Below, piece after piece: positions 1-7,594 of a stretch of 52,046 bases of DNA. The stretch comes from Candidatus Bipolaricaulota bacterium. Its GTDB lineage: Bacteria; Bipolaricaulota; Bipolaricaulia; UBA7950; UBA9294. Under the pieces are notes generated by a model. That model made no database searches, had not been told where the DNA came from, and saw only the letters and a program-made list of their open reading frames with translations. The DNA lies in the NCBI GenBank assembly GCA_030612175.1, contig JAUWOJ010000001.1:1-52046 (forward strand), read 5' to 3'. Each line of letters begins with the position of its first letter. The stretch's first letter is position 1. The position numbers and the translations under genes are program-made.

Positions 1-287
1 CGGTGGATGGTGCGCGCGAGGACGGCCGCGCCTGACGGACCGTCCGTCTCGGCGATCGTGAGATCGACCGCTGTTCGGTCCGGCCAACCGGTAGCGATAA
101 AGACCACTTCTTTATCGCATAAGGAACGCTGTAATCCCTCAGCCGCCGTCAGAACAAGCGGCTTGGAAGATAATGCTCGCGCAGCCCGATACAACTTACC
201 GATTACCCCCCGACCGCCAACATCGACTGTAATCAATCGATCGGTCGCATCGGCGCATGTAATTAGCGAATTTTCCCGCTCTTCCAA
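1..287 (-). CDS. Partial CDS (first ~95 codons, runs off the window edge); hypothetical protein, possibly DUF4392 / D-glutamate-cyclase-like
   Basis: Absent from the ORF track because it has no stop in the window. Hand translation of the minus strand from TTG (287-285) stays open to position 3: LEERENSLITCADATDRLITVDVGGRGVIGKLYRAARALSSKPLVLTAAEGLQRSLCDKEVVFIATGWPDRTAVDLTIAETDGPSGAAVLARTIH. A GGGGGA Shine-Dalgarno-like run at 292-297 lies between the gntR stop (299-301) and this start. The VDxGxRG ... TGWP ... ETDGPxGA pattern resembles what I recall of DUF4392 proteins. The family call is from memory only. Confidence 0.5.
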   Translation of the reverse strand, partial: MEERENSLITCADATDRLITVDVGGRGVIGKLYRAARALSSKPLVLTAAEGLQRSLCDKEVVFIATGWPDRTAVDLTIAETDGPSGAAVLARTIH

Positions 288-298
288 TGTTTCCCCCT

Positions 299-1027
299 TT
301 ACAGATAGTCGCGCACTTCTTCGACCGTTCCAGAGAAGTGCTCGCGCATCTCGCGAACCGCCCAATCGGCATCCCCCGCCTTGATCGCCTGAATAAGACG
401 CTGGTGTCGGCCAACATACGCCTTAATATGATCCGGATCGGTGAGGTATTGCTGGATGGATTCCTGCCACAACTTTTTCTCCTCCGATATTAGCAGAGAG
501 TTAAGGAGTTTCCGGAGAACAGAATTATGGGTAGCTGTGGCTACAGCAAGGTGGAACTCCCGGTTGGCCTGAAAGTAGCGGGAAAGATCGCCGTGCACTA
601 CGGCGTCCTCCATCCTTTCCAAGGCCTGCTCCAGTCTCTCCACATCCTCGTCAGTGGCTTGTGTAGCTGCAACCTTAACGATTCCCCCCTCCAGTACGCG
701 CCGTGCTTGCATCACCTCAAACGGGCTTTCGCTCTCCTCGAGTACCGACATGGTATTGCTGACCATCTCGTTTGCCGGGGTGGCGCTCTTCACGTAGGTT
801 CCGTCGCCCGGCCGGATCTCGACGATTCTGGCAATCTGTAGTGCGCTCAACGCCTCCCGAACCGGCGGTCGGCTCATGTTAAGCGTCTGTGCAATCTCCC
901 GCTCGGAGGGGAGCTTGGTCCCCTCAGTGTAGACCTGTGAGCGAATCTGCTCTAAAATCCATTCAGCAACCAGCGTACTCTTCTTCGGTTGATATGCCGG
1001 CCACGATCTGTTCTGCATAACTCTCAC
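299..1027 (-). CDS. GntR-family transcriptional regulator (FadR/FCD subfamily)
   Basis: 242-aa ORF. N-terminal winged HTH KLPSEREIAQTLNMSRPPVREALSALQIARIVEIRPGDGTYV, followed by an all-helical FCD-type C-terminal domain. The track start is GTG 1027. ATG 1018 (MQNRSW...), preceded by AAGGGTGAG, is an equally plausible start. Confidence 0.9.
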   Translation of the reverse strand: MRVMQNRSWPAYQPKKSTLVAEWILEQIRSQVYTEGTKLPSEREIAQTLNMSRPPVREALSALQIARIVEIRPGDGTYVKSATPANEMVSNTMSVLEESESPFEVMQARRVLEGGIVKVAATQATDEDVERLEQALERMEDAVVHGDLSRYFQANREFHLAVATATHNSVLRKLLNSLLISEEKKLWQESIQQYLTDPDHIKAYVGRHQRLIQAIKAGDADWAVREMREHFSGTVEEVRDYL

Positions 1028-1034
1028 CCTTTTT

Positions 1035-1052
1035 GGTAATACTGGTATTACC
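1035..1052. promoter_or_regulatory. Perfect 18-bp palindrome GGTAATAC-TG-GTATTACC; putative GntR operator
   Basis: An 8+8 perfect inverted repeat read directly from the sequence, lying just upstream of the gntR start. The GT..AC-cored palindrome is typical of GntR-family operators. Confidence 0.6.
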
Positions 1053-1079
1053 TATATCACAAATCTCTCACTCTTTCAA
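1051..1079 (-). promoter_or_regulatory. Putative sigma-70-type promoter of the gntR gene
   Basis: On the minus strand: TTGAAA (1079-1074), 17 nt, TATAGG (1056-1051). The palindrome at 1035-1052 overlaps the -10 edge and the expected TSS. Confidence 0.4.
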
Positions 1080-1278
1080 TAGCACTTTGGGTCTTTTCAG
1101 TTTCTCTACGTTCCCGACTCCTTCTATAAGACAGCACCTCTAGCTCGTTGTATTCCCATTTCTACGGTCTTTTTCAGGATGGCAACGACCGCAGCGTGAA
1201 TGTCCACCTCCAGGCCATCTGTTCCTTCTTCGGCGCGGCTAGTGGGGCCACCGCTTCGTTCAAGCGCTGTCGGCAACA

Positions 1279-2892
1279 CTACTGCCTTTTCAGAAGTCTG
1301 CCGGGGTATCTCCCAGTGTGTTCTCCTTCCTTAATGACCACATCGCCATTGACGAGCACATACTCGATTCCCTGCGGAGACCGACAGGGTTGTTGAAAAG
1401 TTGCACGGTCTACTACAGTCTTGGGATTGAAGATTACGATGTCTGCTGCTTGCCCCTCGGCGATCATTCCTCGATCTTTCAACCCAAGTTGACTTGCGGG
1501 GAGGCTGGTCATTTTTCGAATTGCTTCGGGCAAGTCCAGAATACCCTTTTCCCTGACGTAGCGACCGAGAACACGCGGGAAGGCTCCGTAGTAGCGCGGG
1601 TGAGGGTGAAGCTGTGCGTAACGTCCCCGTGGGGAGACAGCCTTACCATCGGAAGAGATCATTGTGGCAGGATGCTGCATTATGACCTCTACATCCTCCT
1701 CCGACATTGCTGGCACCACTACCTTGACGCTTCCCTCTTGCGTAACCAACAACCTAAGAATGGCATCAACAGGCACTTCGTGCCACGCGGTTGCAAGCTC
1801 TCCAATTGTCTTGCCGGCGTATTCTGGGTTGTTCTTCACTTCGGTCACAATGATCTTTTCGATCTCGATTTCTTCCAGAGGCGATCGCCAGGTCTCTGTC
1901 CCATGCAACATGGCCTGCTTCAGCGAGTCGCTGAATTGCTTGTTGGACAGACGGCTTAATACCTGATCGACACCTCCGGCACGCCACGCAGGTGGAATGG
2001 CATCGACCAGTCCTGAACCATACGCTGTGTACGGATACTGATCCCAATGGACATTCACTCCCTCAGCACGTGCCCTATCAATCCGAGCCAGCAGGTCCGT
2101 AGCCCGGCCCCAGTTGCTTGTCCCCTCGAGTTTCAGGTGGGAAATCTGGAGAGAAACCCTGCTTTGATATGCGATATCGATGACCTCGTCCACTGCAGCA
2201 AAGAGTCTCTGCCCCTCATCCCGCATGTGTACCGCCCAGATCGCGTTGTGTTCCCGAATGACCGTGCATAGCTCAATGAGTTCTTCGCGCTTGAAATGGG
2301 ATTCTGGGATGTAATACGGTCCACTGGACATTCCCCAAATACCCTGGCGAAGCTCCTCTTGCAGCAAGCTCTTGATGGCATCTAACTCCTGAGGCTCCAA
2401 GTGCTCTTTCATGCCGGCTACCGCAACGCGCAAAGGAACACCCCCCACCAGGGGAATCAGATTAGAAGAGACGCCTTTCTCAACAAGCTCGATCATGTGG
2501 TCAATTTGAGAAGGCCAGTTCCAAAGTTCTTTCTCCGCTGTCGTCATGGTAAAATTGCTCGTCTCGAACAGGCGAAGCAAAGTAGCCTTATGTATTGCTC
2601 GTACTGGCGCGCTGGTAACGCCACAGTTACCAACAACCTCTGTCGTAACGCCTTGCCTTATCTTGCTCTGCGCATGTGGTTCGAAGAACAGACTAAGATC
2701 AGAATGGGAGTGAATATCGATGAACCCTGGAGCGACCACTAGGCCGGTGGCATCTATCTCGTTTCGCCCTGTACCGCCCAAGTTACTGACAATTAAGGAT
2801 ATTGCCCCATCTGTAATTGCAATATCAGCTGTAAATGAAGGTGCACCAGCGCCATTGACTATACTGCCATTTCGTATTATGCAATCAAACAT
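1279..2892 (-). CDS. N-acyl-D-amino-acid deacylase (D-aminoacylase), amidohydrolase superfamily
   Basis: 537-aa ORF. The N-terminus IIRNGSIVNGAGAPSFTADIAITDGAI...DATGLVVAPGFIDIHSHSD matches the D-aminoacylase HxH metal-site start. There is a 10-nt gap to the upstream permease gene. Confidence 0.85.
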   Translation of the reverse strand: MFDCIIRNGSIVNGAGAPSFTADIAITDGAISLIVSNLGGTGRNEIDATGLVVAPGFIDIHSHSDLSLFFEPHAQSKIRQGVTTEVVGNCGVTSAPVRAIHKATLLRLFETSNFTMTTAEKELWNWPSQIDHMIELVEKGVSSNLIPLVGGVPLRVAVAGMKEHLEPQELDAIKSLLQEELRQGIWGMSSGPYYIPESHFKREELIELCTVIREHNAIWAVHMRDEGQRLFAAVDEVIDIAYQSRVSLQISHLKLEGTSNWGRATDLLARIDRARAEGVNVHWDQYPYTAYGSGLVDAIPPAWRAGGVDQVLSRLSNKQFSDSLKQAMLHGTETWRSPLEEIEIEKIIVTEVKNNPEYAGKTIGELATAWHEVPVDAILRLLVTQEGSVKVVVPAMSEEDVEVIMQHPATMISSDGKAVSPRGRYAQLHPHPRYYGAFPRVLGRYVREKGILDLPEAIRKMTSLPASQLGLKDRGMIAEGQAADIVIFNPKTVVDRATFQQPCRSPQGIEYVLVNGDVVIKEGEHTGRYPGRLLKRQ

Positions 2893-2902
2893 TGACCCTC
2901 AT

Positions 2903-3748
2903 CTACCGTTTAATGTGTGAAAGCCTAGGATCAAGCGCATCGCGAAGACCGTCTCCCATCAGGTTGAATCCTAATACAACGAGCATTATTGCCAGCCCGG
3001 GGAAGAGAGTCAGCCAGGGGGCGGCGAGCAGATACGCCCGACCGTTACTCAACATAGCTCCCCAACTAGGAGTGGGTGGTTGGGCCCCGAGCCCGAGAAA
3101 GCTCAATGAGGCCTCTATCAGGATGACTTGACCCATTCCCAATGACAGCTGCACAAGCAGTGGGGCAAGGCTGTTGGGTAATAGGTGTCGCCAAATTATT
3201 CGGAGGTTGCTCGCTCCCACCGCCCGCGCCGCTTGCACATATTCCTCTTCTCGCAACGCTAGGAACTGGCCCCGGGTTATCCGCGCGTATCCCGCCCAAT
3301 AGACCACGCCGACCGCGATCATTACGCTGTGAAGGCCGGTCCCCAATATGAACATAATGGCAAGAGCGGCAAGGATGGTAGGAAAGGCCCAGGTCAAATC
3401 GACCAATCCCTGCACGATGGAATCGAGCCACCCGCCATAGTAACCCGCGAGTGCACCTAACGGCATCCCAATACCTAGGGCAACGGCCGAGGCAATGAGC
3501 GCAATGTTTAGGGAAACCCGGGCACCAAAGATGATCCGGCTCAGGATAGAACGACCAAATTCATCGGTTCCTAATGTATGTTCCCGGCACGGAGGGGTGA
3601 GGGCATCTTTCAGCGACAAGGCATTGGGGGGATGGGGAGCAAGAAGAGGGGCAAGAAGCGCTATGAGAAAGAAAAGAACAATTATAATACCACCGATAAT
3701 GGCATTTGTACTTTTAGAAAAGTTAAAGAATAGCTTATGCCTCTTCAT
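2903..3748 (-). CDS. ABC transporter permease, DppC/OppC type
   Basis: 281 aa with multiple hydrophobic segments. Conserved loop YVQAARAVGASNLRIIWRHLLPN and C-terminal GDGLRDALDPR, typical of peptide/nickel ABC permeases. Confidence 0.9.
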   Translation of the reverse strand: MKRHKLFFNFSKSTNAIIGGIIIVLFFLIALLAPLLAPHPPNALSLKDALTPPCREHTLGTDEFGRSILSRIIFGARVSLNIALIASAVALGIGMPLGALAGYYGGWLDSIVQGLVDLTWAFPTILAALAIMFILGTGLHSVMIAVGVVYWAGYARITRGQFLALREEEYVQAARAVGASNLRIIWRHLLPNSLAPLLVQLSLGMGQVILIEASLSFLGLGAQPPTPSWGAMLSNGRAYLLAAPWLTLFPGLAIMLVVLGFNLMGDGLRDALDPRLSHIKR

Positions 3749-3761
3749 TTACAGTTTTCCA

Positions 3762-4685
3762 TCAATAATGAACCTTAGGATTTACGACGGCGTAGAGGAT
3801 ATCCGCGAGGAGATTTCCTAAGATAACCGTTACTGCCAGGATGAGAGTGACCCCCTGCACGATGGGAAAATCGCGCATGTAGATCGCGCTCACAAGCAAC
3901 CGGCCAACGCCGGGTCGGAGAAAGACGATCTCGATTACCACGGCTCCGCCGATCAACCAGCCTATCCGCAGGCCCAACAACGTAACAATGGGGATCAATG
4001 CATTTCTAAGAGCGTGTTTTGTGATCACAGTCCAGTAACGAAGTCCCTTTGCTTTAGCGGTTAGAATGTAATCTTGGTTTATGACCTCAAGCAGGCTCGA
4101 TCGCGTCATCCGGGCAACCTGTGCTGCCCCACCAAAACCGAGCGTCACCGCAGGCAGGACAAGGTACTTGATGCCGCCATATCCGGCGATGGGAAACCAA
4201 TGAAGCTGTATAGAAAATAAGGAAATGAGGAGGAAGCCGAGCCAAAAGCTGGGTATGGATACCCCGGCAATAGCAAGCCCCATGCTGAGGTAGTCGATCA
4301 CCGTATTTCGTTTAACAGCGGCGAGCATACCCAAGGGGACGGCACAAAAATAAGACAAAATTAAAGCGCTTCCAGTCAGCTCAAGCGTATTTAGTAATTT
4401 TCCTCCCAATAGTTTAGTAACGTCCTCTCGATAAATGACGGATTTCCCCAGGTCAAGGTGAAACAGCCGGCCAAGGAAAGAAAAATACTGAATATACAGA
4501 GGTTTATCCAAACCTAGCTCAGCCCGCATGCGGTCGTATGCCTGCTGCGACGCCATCTCTCCAAGGGCGAGGCGCACAGGGTCCCCTGGTACGAGGTGGA
4601 GGATCGAGAAAACGATGATCGTCACTGCCAGAAGAACCGGGAGCATCATGAGAATCCGTTTAAGAATATATTGATAGATACTCAA
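3762..4685 (-). CDS. ABC transporter permease, DppB/OppB type
   Basis: 307 aa. N-terminus YILKRILMMLPVLLAVTIIVF, motif ILTAKAKGLRYWTVITKHALRNALIPIVT and C-terminal NLLADILYAVVNPKV. Confidence 0.9.
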   Translation of the reverse strand: MSIYQYILKRILMMLPVLLAVTIIVFSILHLVPGDPVRLALGEMASQQAYDRMRAELGLDKPLYIQYFSFLGRLFHLDLGKSVIYREDVTKLLGGKLLNTLELTGSALILSYFCAVPLGMLAAVKRNTVIDYLSMGLAIAGVSIPSFWLGFLLISLFSIQLHWFPIAGYGGIKYLVLPAVTLGFGGAAQVARMTRSSLLEVINQDYILTAKAKGLRYWTVITKHALRNALIPIVTLLGLRIGWLIGGAVVIEIVFLRPGVGRLLVSAIYMRDFPIVQGVTLILAVTVILGNLLADILYAVVNPKVHY

Positions 4686-4764
4686 GCCTGACCTTCGCCT
4701 CCTTTCCTCCCCACACGGGACGATCTGTCTGAGACTGCTCTAAACTGATCGGTGATACAAACAT

Positions 4765-4807
4765 AGAGAGGGGATAGGTGCCCCATGGCGTATGTTATCC
4801 CCTCTCT
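4765..4807 (-). terminator. Intercistronic stem-loop after the SBP gene (possible partial terminator or mRNA stabiliser)
   Basis: AGAGAGGGGATA (4765-4776) and TATCCCCTCTCT (4796-4807) form a 12-bp perfect stem with a 19-nt loop. It lies 10 nt downstream of the SBP stop on the minus strand, before the permease start at 4685. Confidence 0.5.
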
Positions 4808-4816
4808 TATTACGCG

Positions 4817-6397
4817 TTACTTCCTATAGAGGTCGAGTATATAAACGTGGTCCAGCGTCGCGTTGTAGCCGCCGAGATCAGCCCTATAGGCCCTGACCTG
4901 AGCTGGATAGAAGATGGGAACCCATGCGGATTGGTCGAGCAGGTACTCGTGCACCAACCGATACACAAAGGTCCTGTCTTCGAGCGTGGGCATCGCCTCC
5001 GCCTTCACAAACAAGAAATCGAGGAGCGAATTATTCATCCTCGTCTTATTCGTTCCTGCAGCGATTCGCTTGCTGTTGTAGAACCACTCTAGGATGTCCA
5101 TATCGTCCCAACCGTAAAGCCGGATAAACGCTTGCTGCTCTCCGGTCTTGAACATGTCGCCATAGGAGCCAGAATCGAATTGCTGAATCGTCGCTTTGAT
5201 TCCGACCGCTGCCATTTCACTCTGCAGGACGGTGGCGATCTGTACCCGGTCCGTTATTGATTCCGTCCATAGGATGATCGCGAATTGCTGTCCGTCCTTT
5301 TCTAGAATGCCATCCGCGTTCTTTGTCCACCCCGCGTCAGCCAACAGGGTGTTGGCCTTCTGTAGATCATAGGTATAGGGGCTTTCCACCTGCGGTTGCA
5401 CGTTGGGGGTGAGGAAGTTATAAGCTGACAGTCCGGCACCGTGGAACACATTCTCGGTGATGGACTCTCTGTCCACGATGTAACTCATCGCCTGCCGTAC
5501 CCGCACATCATCAAACGGTGGTTTTGTTACGTTCAGCCCCATGTATATGAGCCGTTTTCCAGAAGTAATGCTAACGGTTACATTCGGGTCTGCCTTAAAG
5601 GCGGATATAGCGGTGGCATCCACCTCGTTGACGACATCCGCCTCACCCGCTTGGAGAAGCATCGTCTTTGTGACAGCCTCGGGAATAAATTTGTAGATCA
5701 CCGTCTGGAAATAAGCGGGCCCCTGGTTTGACATCCAGGACGGTCCCCAGGTGTAGTCCGGGTTCCTCTCTAGGGTAATATGATCCCCTTTTACCCACTC
5801 CTTGAAGATGTACGGCCCCGACCCCACGACCGTGGTTACCCCGTAATCCTCTCCATATTTCTCGACCGCGGTGGGACTATTAATCCCTGAGAAACTATTG
5901 CTCACATTATAGAGCAGGTTTGGAAAAGGATTCTTGAGGATGAGCTTTAGCGTCACAGAATCGACCGCTACCGCGTCCTGGACTGCCGAGTAAAGGTACG
6001 ACGATGCTCCACCGTCGCGCATGGTTACAATGTTCCAGGCAACCGCTTCGGCATCGCAGGGTGTACCGTCGTGGAACATGACCCCGGGTTTTAGGGTAAA
6101 GGTCCAAACTAAACCGTCGGCGCTAACTTCCCACGACTGTGCGATGTCGTCACGGTAGTTCAACTCAGCATCACGAGAGACTAGTTTGTTAAGTATGTCT
6201 TCGAGTGGCTCTGTGGTCCACGTAGTGGTGAACGTGCTCAGAGTTGGTGGACTTGTAGTTTCGGCAACGACTAGCGTCGTGCTATTTGCCTCTCTCGTTG
6301 CGCGATCGGGAGTTTGTGCGACCGTTATCAACGATGAAAACACCAGCATCAACCCTACGAAAAGTACCACATACGCTGTAATTCTCTTGCTTTGCAT
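4817..6397 (-). CDS. ABC transporter substrate-binding protein, family 5 (peptide/nickel type)
   Basis: 526 aa. Signal or anchor sequence MQSKRITAYVVLFVGLMLVFSSLITVAQ. Family-5 SBP features include WTFTLKPGVMFHDGTP. A strong SD, AAGGAGGT, precedes ATG 6397. Confidence 0.9.
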   Translation of the reverse strand: MQSKRITAYVVLFVGLMLVFSSLITVAQTPDRATREANSTTLVVAETTSPPTLSTFTTTWTTEPLEDILNKLVSRDAELNYRDDIAQSWEVSADGLVWTFTLKPGVMFHDGTPCDAEAVAWNIVTMRDGGASSYLYSAVQDAVAVDSVTLKLILKNPFPNLLYNVSNSFSGINSPTAVEKYGEDYGVTTVVGSGPYIFKEWVKGDHITLERNPDYTWGPSWMSNQGPAYFQTVIYKFIPEAVTKTMLLQAGEADVVNEVDATAISAFKADPNVTVSITSGKRLIYMGLNVTKPPFDDVRVRQAMSYIVDRESITENVFHGAGLSAYNFLTPNVQPQVESPYTYDLQKANTLLADAGWTKNADGILEKDGQQFAIILWTESITDRVQIATVLQSEMAAVGIKATIQQFDSGSYGDMFKTGEQQAFIRLYGWDDMDILEWFYNSKRIAAGTNKTRMNNSLLDFLFVKAEAMPTLEDRTFVYRLVHEYLLDQSAWVPIFYPAQVRAYRADLGGYNATLDHVYILDLYRK

Positions 6398-6568
6398 TTC
6401 TGCTTACCTCCTTAATTAGTGTAAACATTTGGGACAAACAGTGCTCTGCCGTACTGCACACCTTCTCTCTCTACTACCACCTCCCAAGCTTAGTGTTTAT
6501 ATCGGAGAACGAATTTCGAACGAACATGGCAAGCAACAAAAGTGAAAATGCTATTACCAACACGATAA

Positions 6569-6603
6569 CCTCAGCTCTCCTCCCTCAGCTCTCCTCCCTC
6601 AGC
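6569..6603. repeat. 2.5 copies of a 14-nt tandem repeat CCTCAGCTCTCCTC
   Basis: 6569-6582 and 6583-6596 are identical, and 6597-6603 repeats the first 7 nt. On the minus strand it reads GAGGAGAGCTGAGG (purine-rich, SD-like). It lies about 170-205 nt upstream of the SBP start. Confidence 0.9.
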
Positions 6604-6658
6604 ATCACCAACCTAGACCGCCTTTCTTTTCAAGAAACTAGATTCCGTCCACGACATT

Positions 6659-6676
6659 GGCAATACCAGTACTAGC
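6659..6676. promoter_or_regulatory. Degenerate second copy of the GntR palindrome (putative operator of the transporter operon)
   Basis: GGCAATACCAGTACTAGC matches the reverse reading of the 1035-1052 palindrome (GGTAATACCAGTATTACC) at 15 of 18 positions by hand alignment. It sits immediately downstream of a -10-like hexamer on the minus strand. Confidence 0.4.
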
Positions 6677-6684
6677 ATTAGCAC

Positions 6685-6713
6685 ACCCTATCACGTAAAG
6701 CTCTTCTTGTCAA
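6685..6713 (-). promoter_or_regulatory. Putative promoter of the SBP-permease-D-aminoacylase operon
   Basis: On the minus strand: TTGACA (6713-6708), 17 nt, TAGGGT (6690-6685). This implies a 5' UTR of about 280 nt. Confidence 0.35.
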
Positions 6714-7068
6714 GAACCGAACCGCGATCTCGCCAACAAGTACCGTCAAATTACGGTAAGAGCTCAAACAGGGAATTGCCATGTTTCTCTTTTGGGCAAG
6801 ATGAATCTAGCTACCGTTATATAAGAATGTGTAGCGGAGAATCTTCATAAGAACTGGTCTTTAAGGTCGATGCAAAGAATCAAGTATCATCTGCTCGGGA
6901 TCGGCCGTATACTAGTCAATACAAGATTCAGAGCAGGCAACAAGGAGGATCACGGACCAGGCAAGGGCGCAAAGACAAATAGATGCGATTACGCTTCAGC
7001 TTGTCTTCCTGCTGAGCAGGGAACGCCTAGGGCGTAGGCGACTTGCTTGTCGAGCCGGCCTTTCCGAG

Positions 7069-7539
7069 ATGACCGTACGTATTCAACTGGAAAGACTGCG
7101 CGATCGGGGCTTCCTTGTGTTGGATAAGTCAGGTGGCGCTCTAACCGGCGCTGGCAAAGAACAATTTGCTCCTGTACTTGATCACGTTGCGGACGTGCAA
7201 CAACTCTCTCTGTATTCTCTTGCCCAGGATACTATTACCGTGGCTGCTTTGCTATCACACGCAGAGCAACAACACCCATCGTGGTGGTATCGCGATCACG
7301 CTGTAAGGTGGGGTGCGAGCGCGATGATCCTGATTCGGTGCTGCGCTGATGGTTTGCGCTTCTCTCACAGCAACGAGCAAATCGGCGTACACAACCCACG
7401 CGACGAACGAGTGATTGAAGGGGCGTTCCCCTTCAGACGAAAAGGCGATCTACTCCTACTTGTCTCCGCTCCGGACCGCAAGAGCGCTGGGCTTGGTCTA
7501 TGGAGGGTTATCACTGAAATACTCTCTGAAACGCCATAG
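7069..7539 (+). CDS. Hypothetical protein with a winged-helix-like N-terminus (putative regulator); true start unresolved
   Basis: 156-aa ORF beginning MTVRIQLERLRDRGFLVLDKSGG, which looks like a recognition helix plus wing. The frame is open upstream to 6916 and encodes the missing helices, but with no ATG, GTG or TTG (see findings). I do not recognise the C-terminal ~110 aa. Confidence 0.5.
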   Translation: MTVRIQLERLRDRGFLVLDKSGGALTGAGKEQFAPVLDHVADVQQLSLYSLAQDTITVAALLSHAEQQHPSWWYRDHAVRWGASAMILIRCCADGLRFSHSNEQIGVHNPRDERVIEGAFPFRRKGDLLLLVSAPDRKSAGLGLWRVITEILSETP

Positions 7540-7551
7540 CCTCACCTTCTG

Positions 7552-7580
7552 TTGCCTTTTGTAAACAGGCGTGGTAAACT
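7552..7580 (+). promoter_or_regulatory. Putative promoter of the Fec/Btu-type ABC operon
   Basis: TTGCCT (7552-7557), 17 nt, TAAACT (7575-7580), with a TG at the extended -10 position (gTGgTAAACT). Confidence 0.35.
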
Positions 7581-7594
7581 AAGAGCTTATCGAT

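Noticed and set aside
6493-6675. 60-aa ORF in the long intergenic region. I also considered whether the 14-nt tandem repeat could be a CRISPR
   Set aside because: The ORF has no SD, and its sequence is dictated by the tandem repeat (LPQLSSLS). The repeat units are directly adjacent with no spacers and are only 14 nt long, so this is not a CRISPR array.
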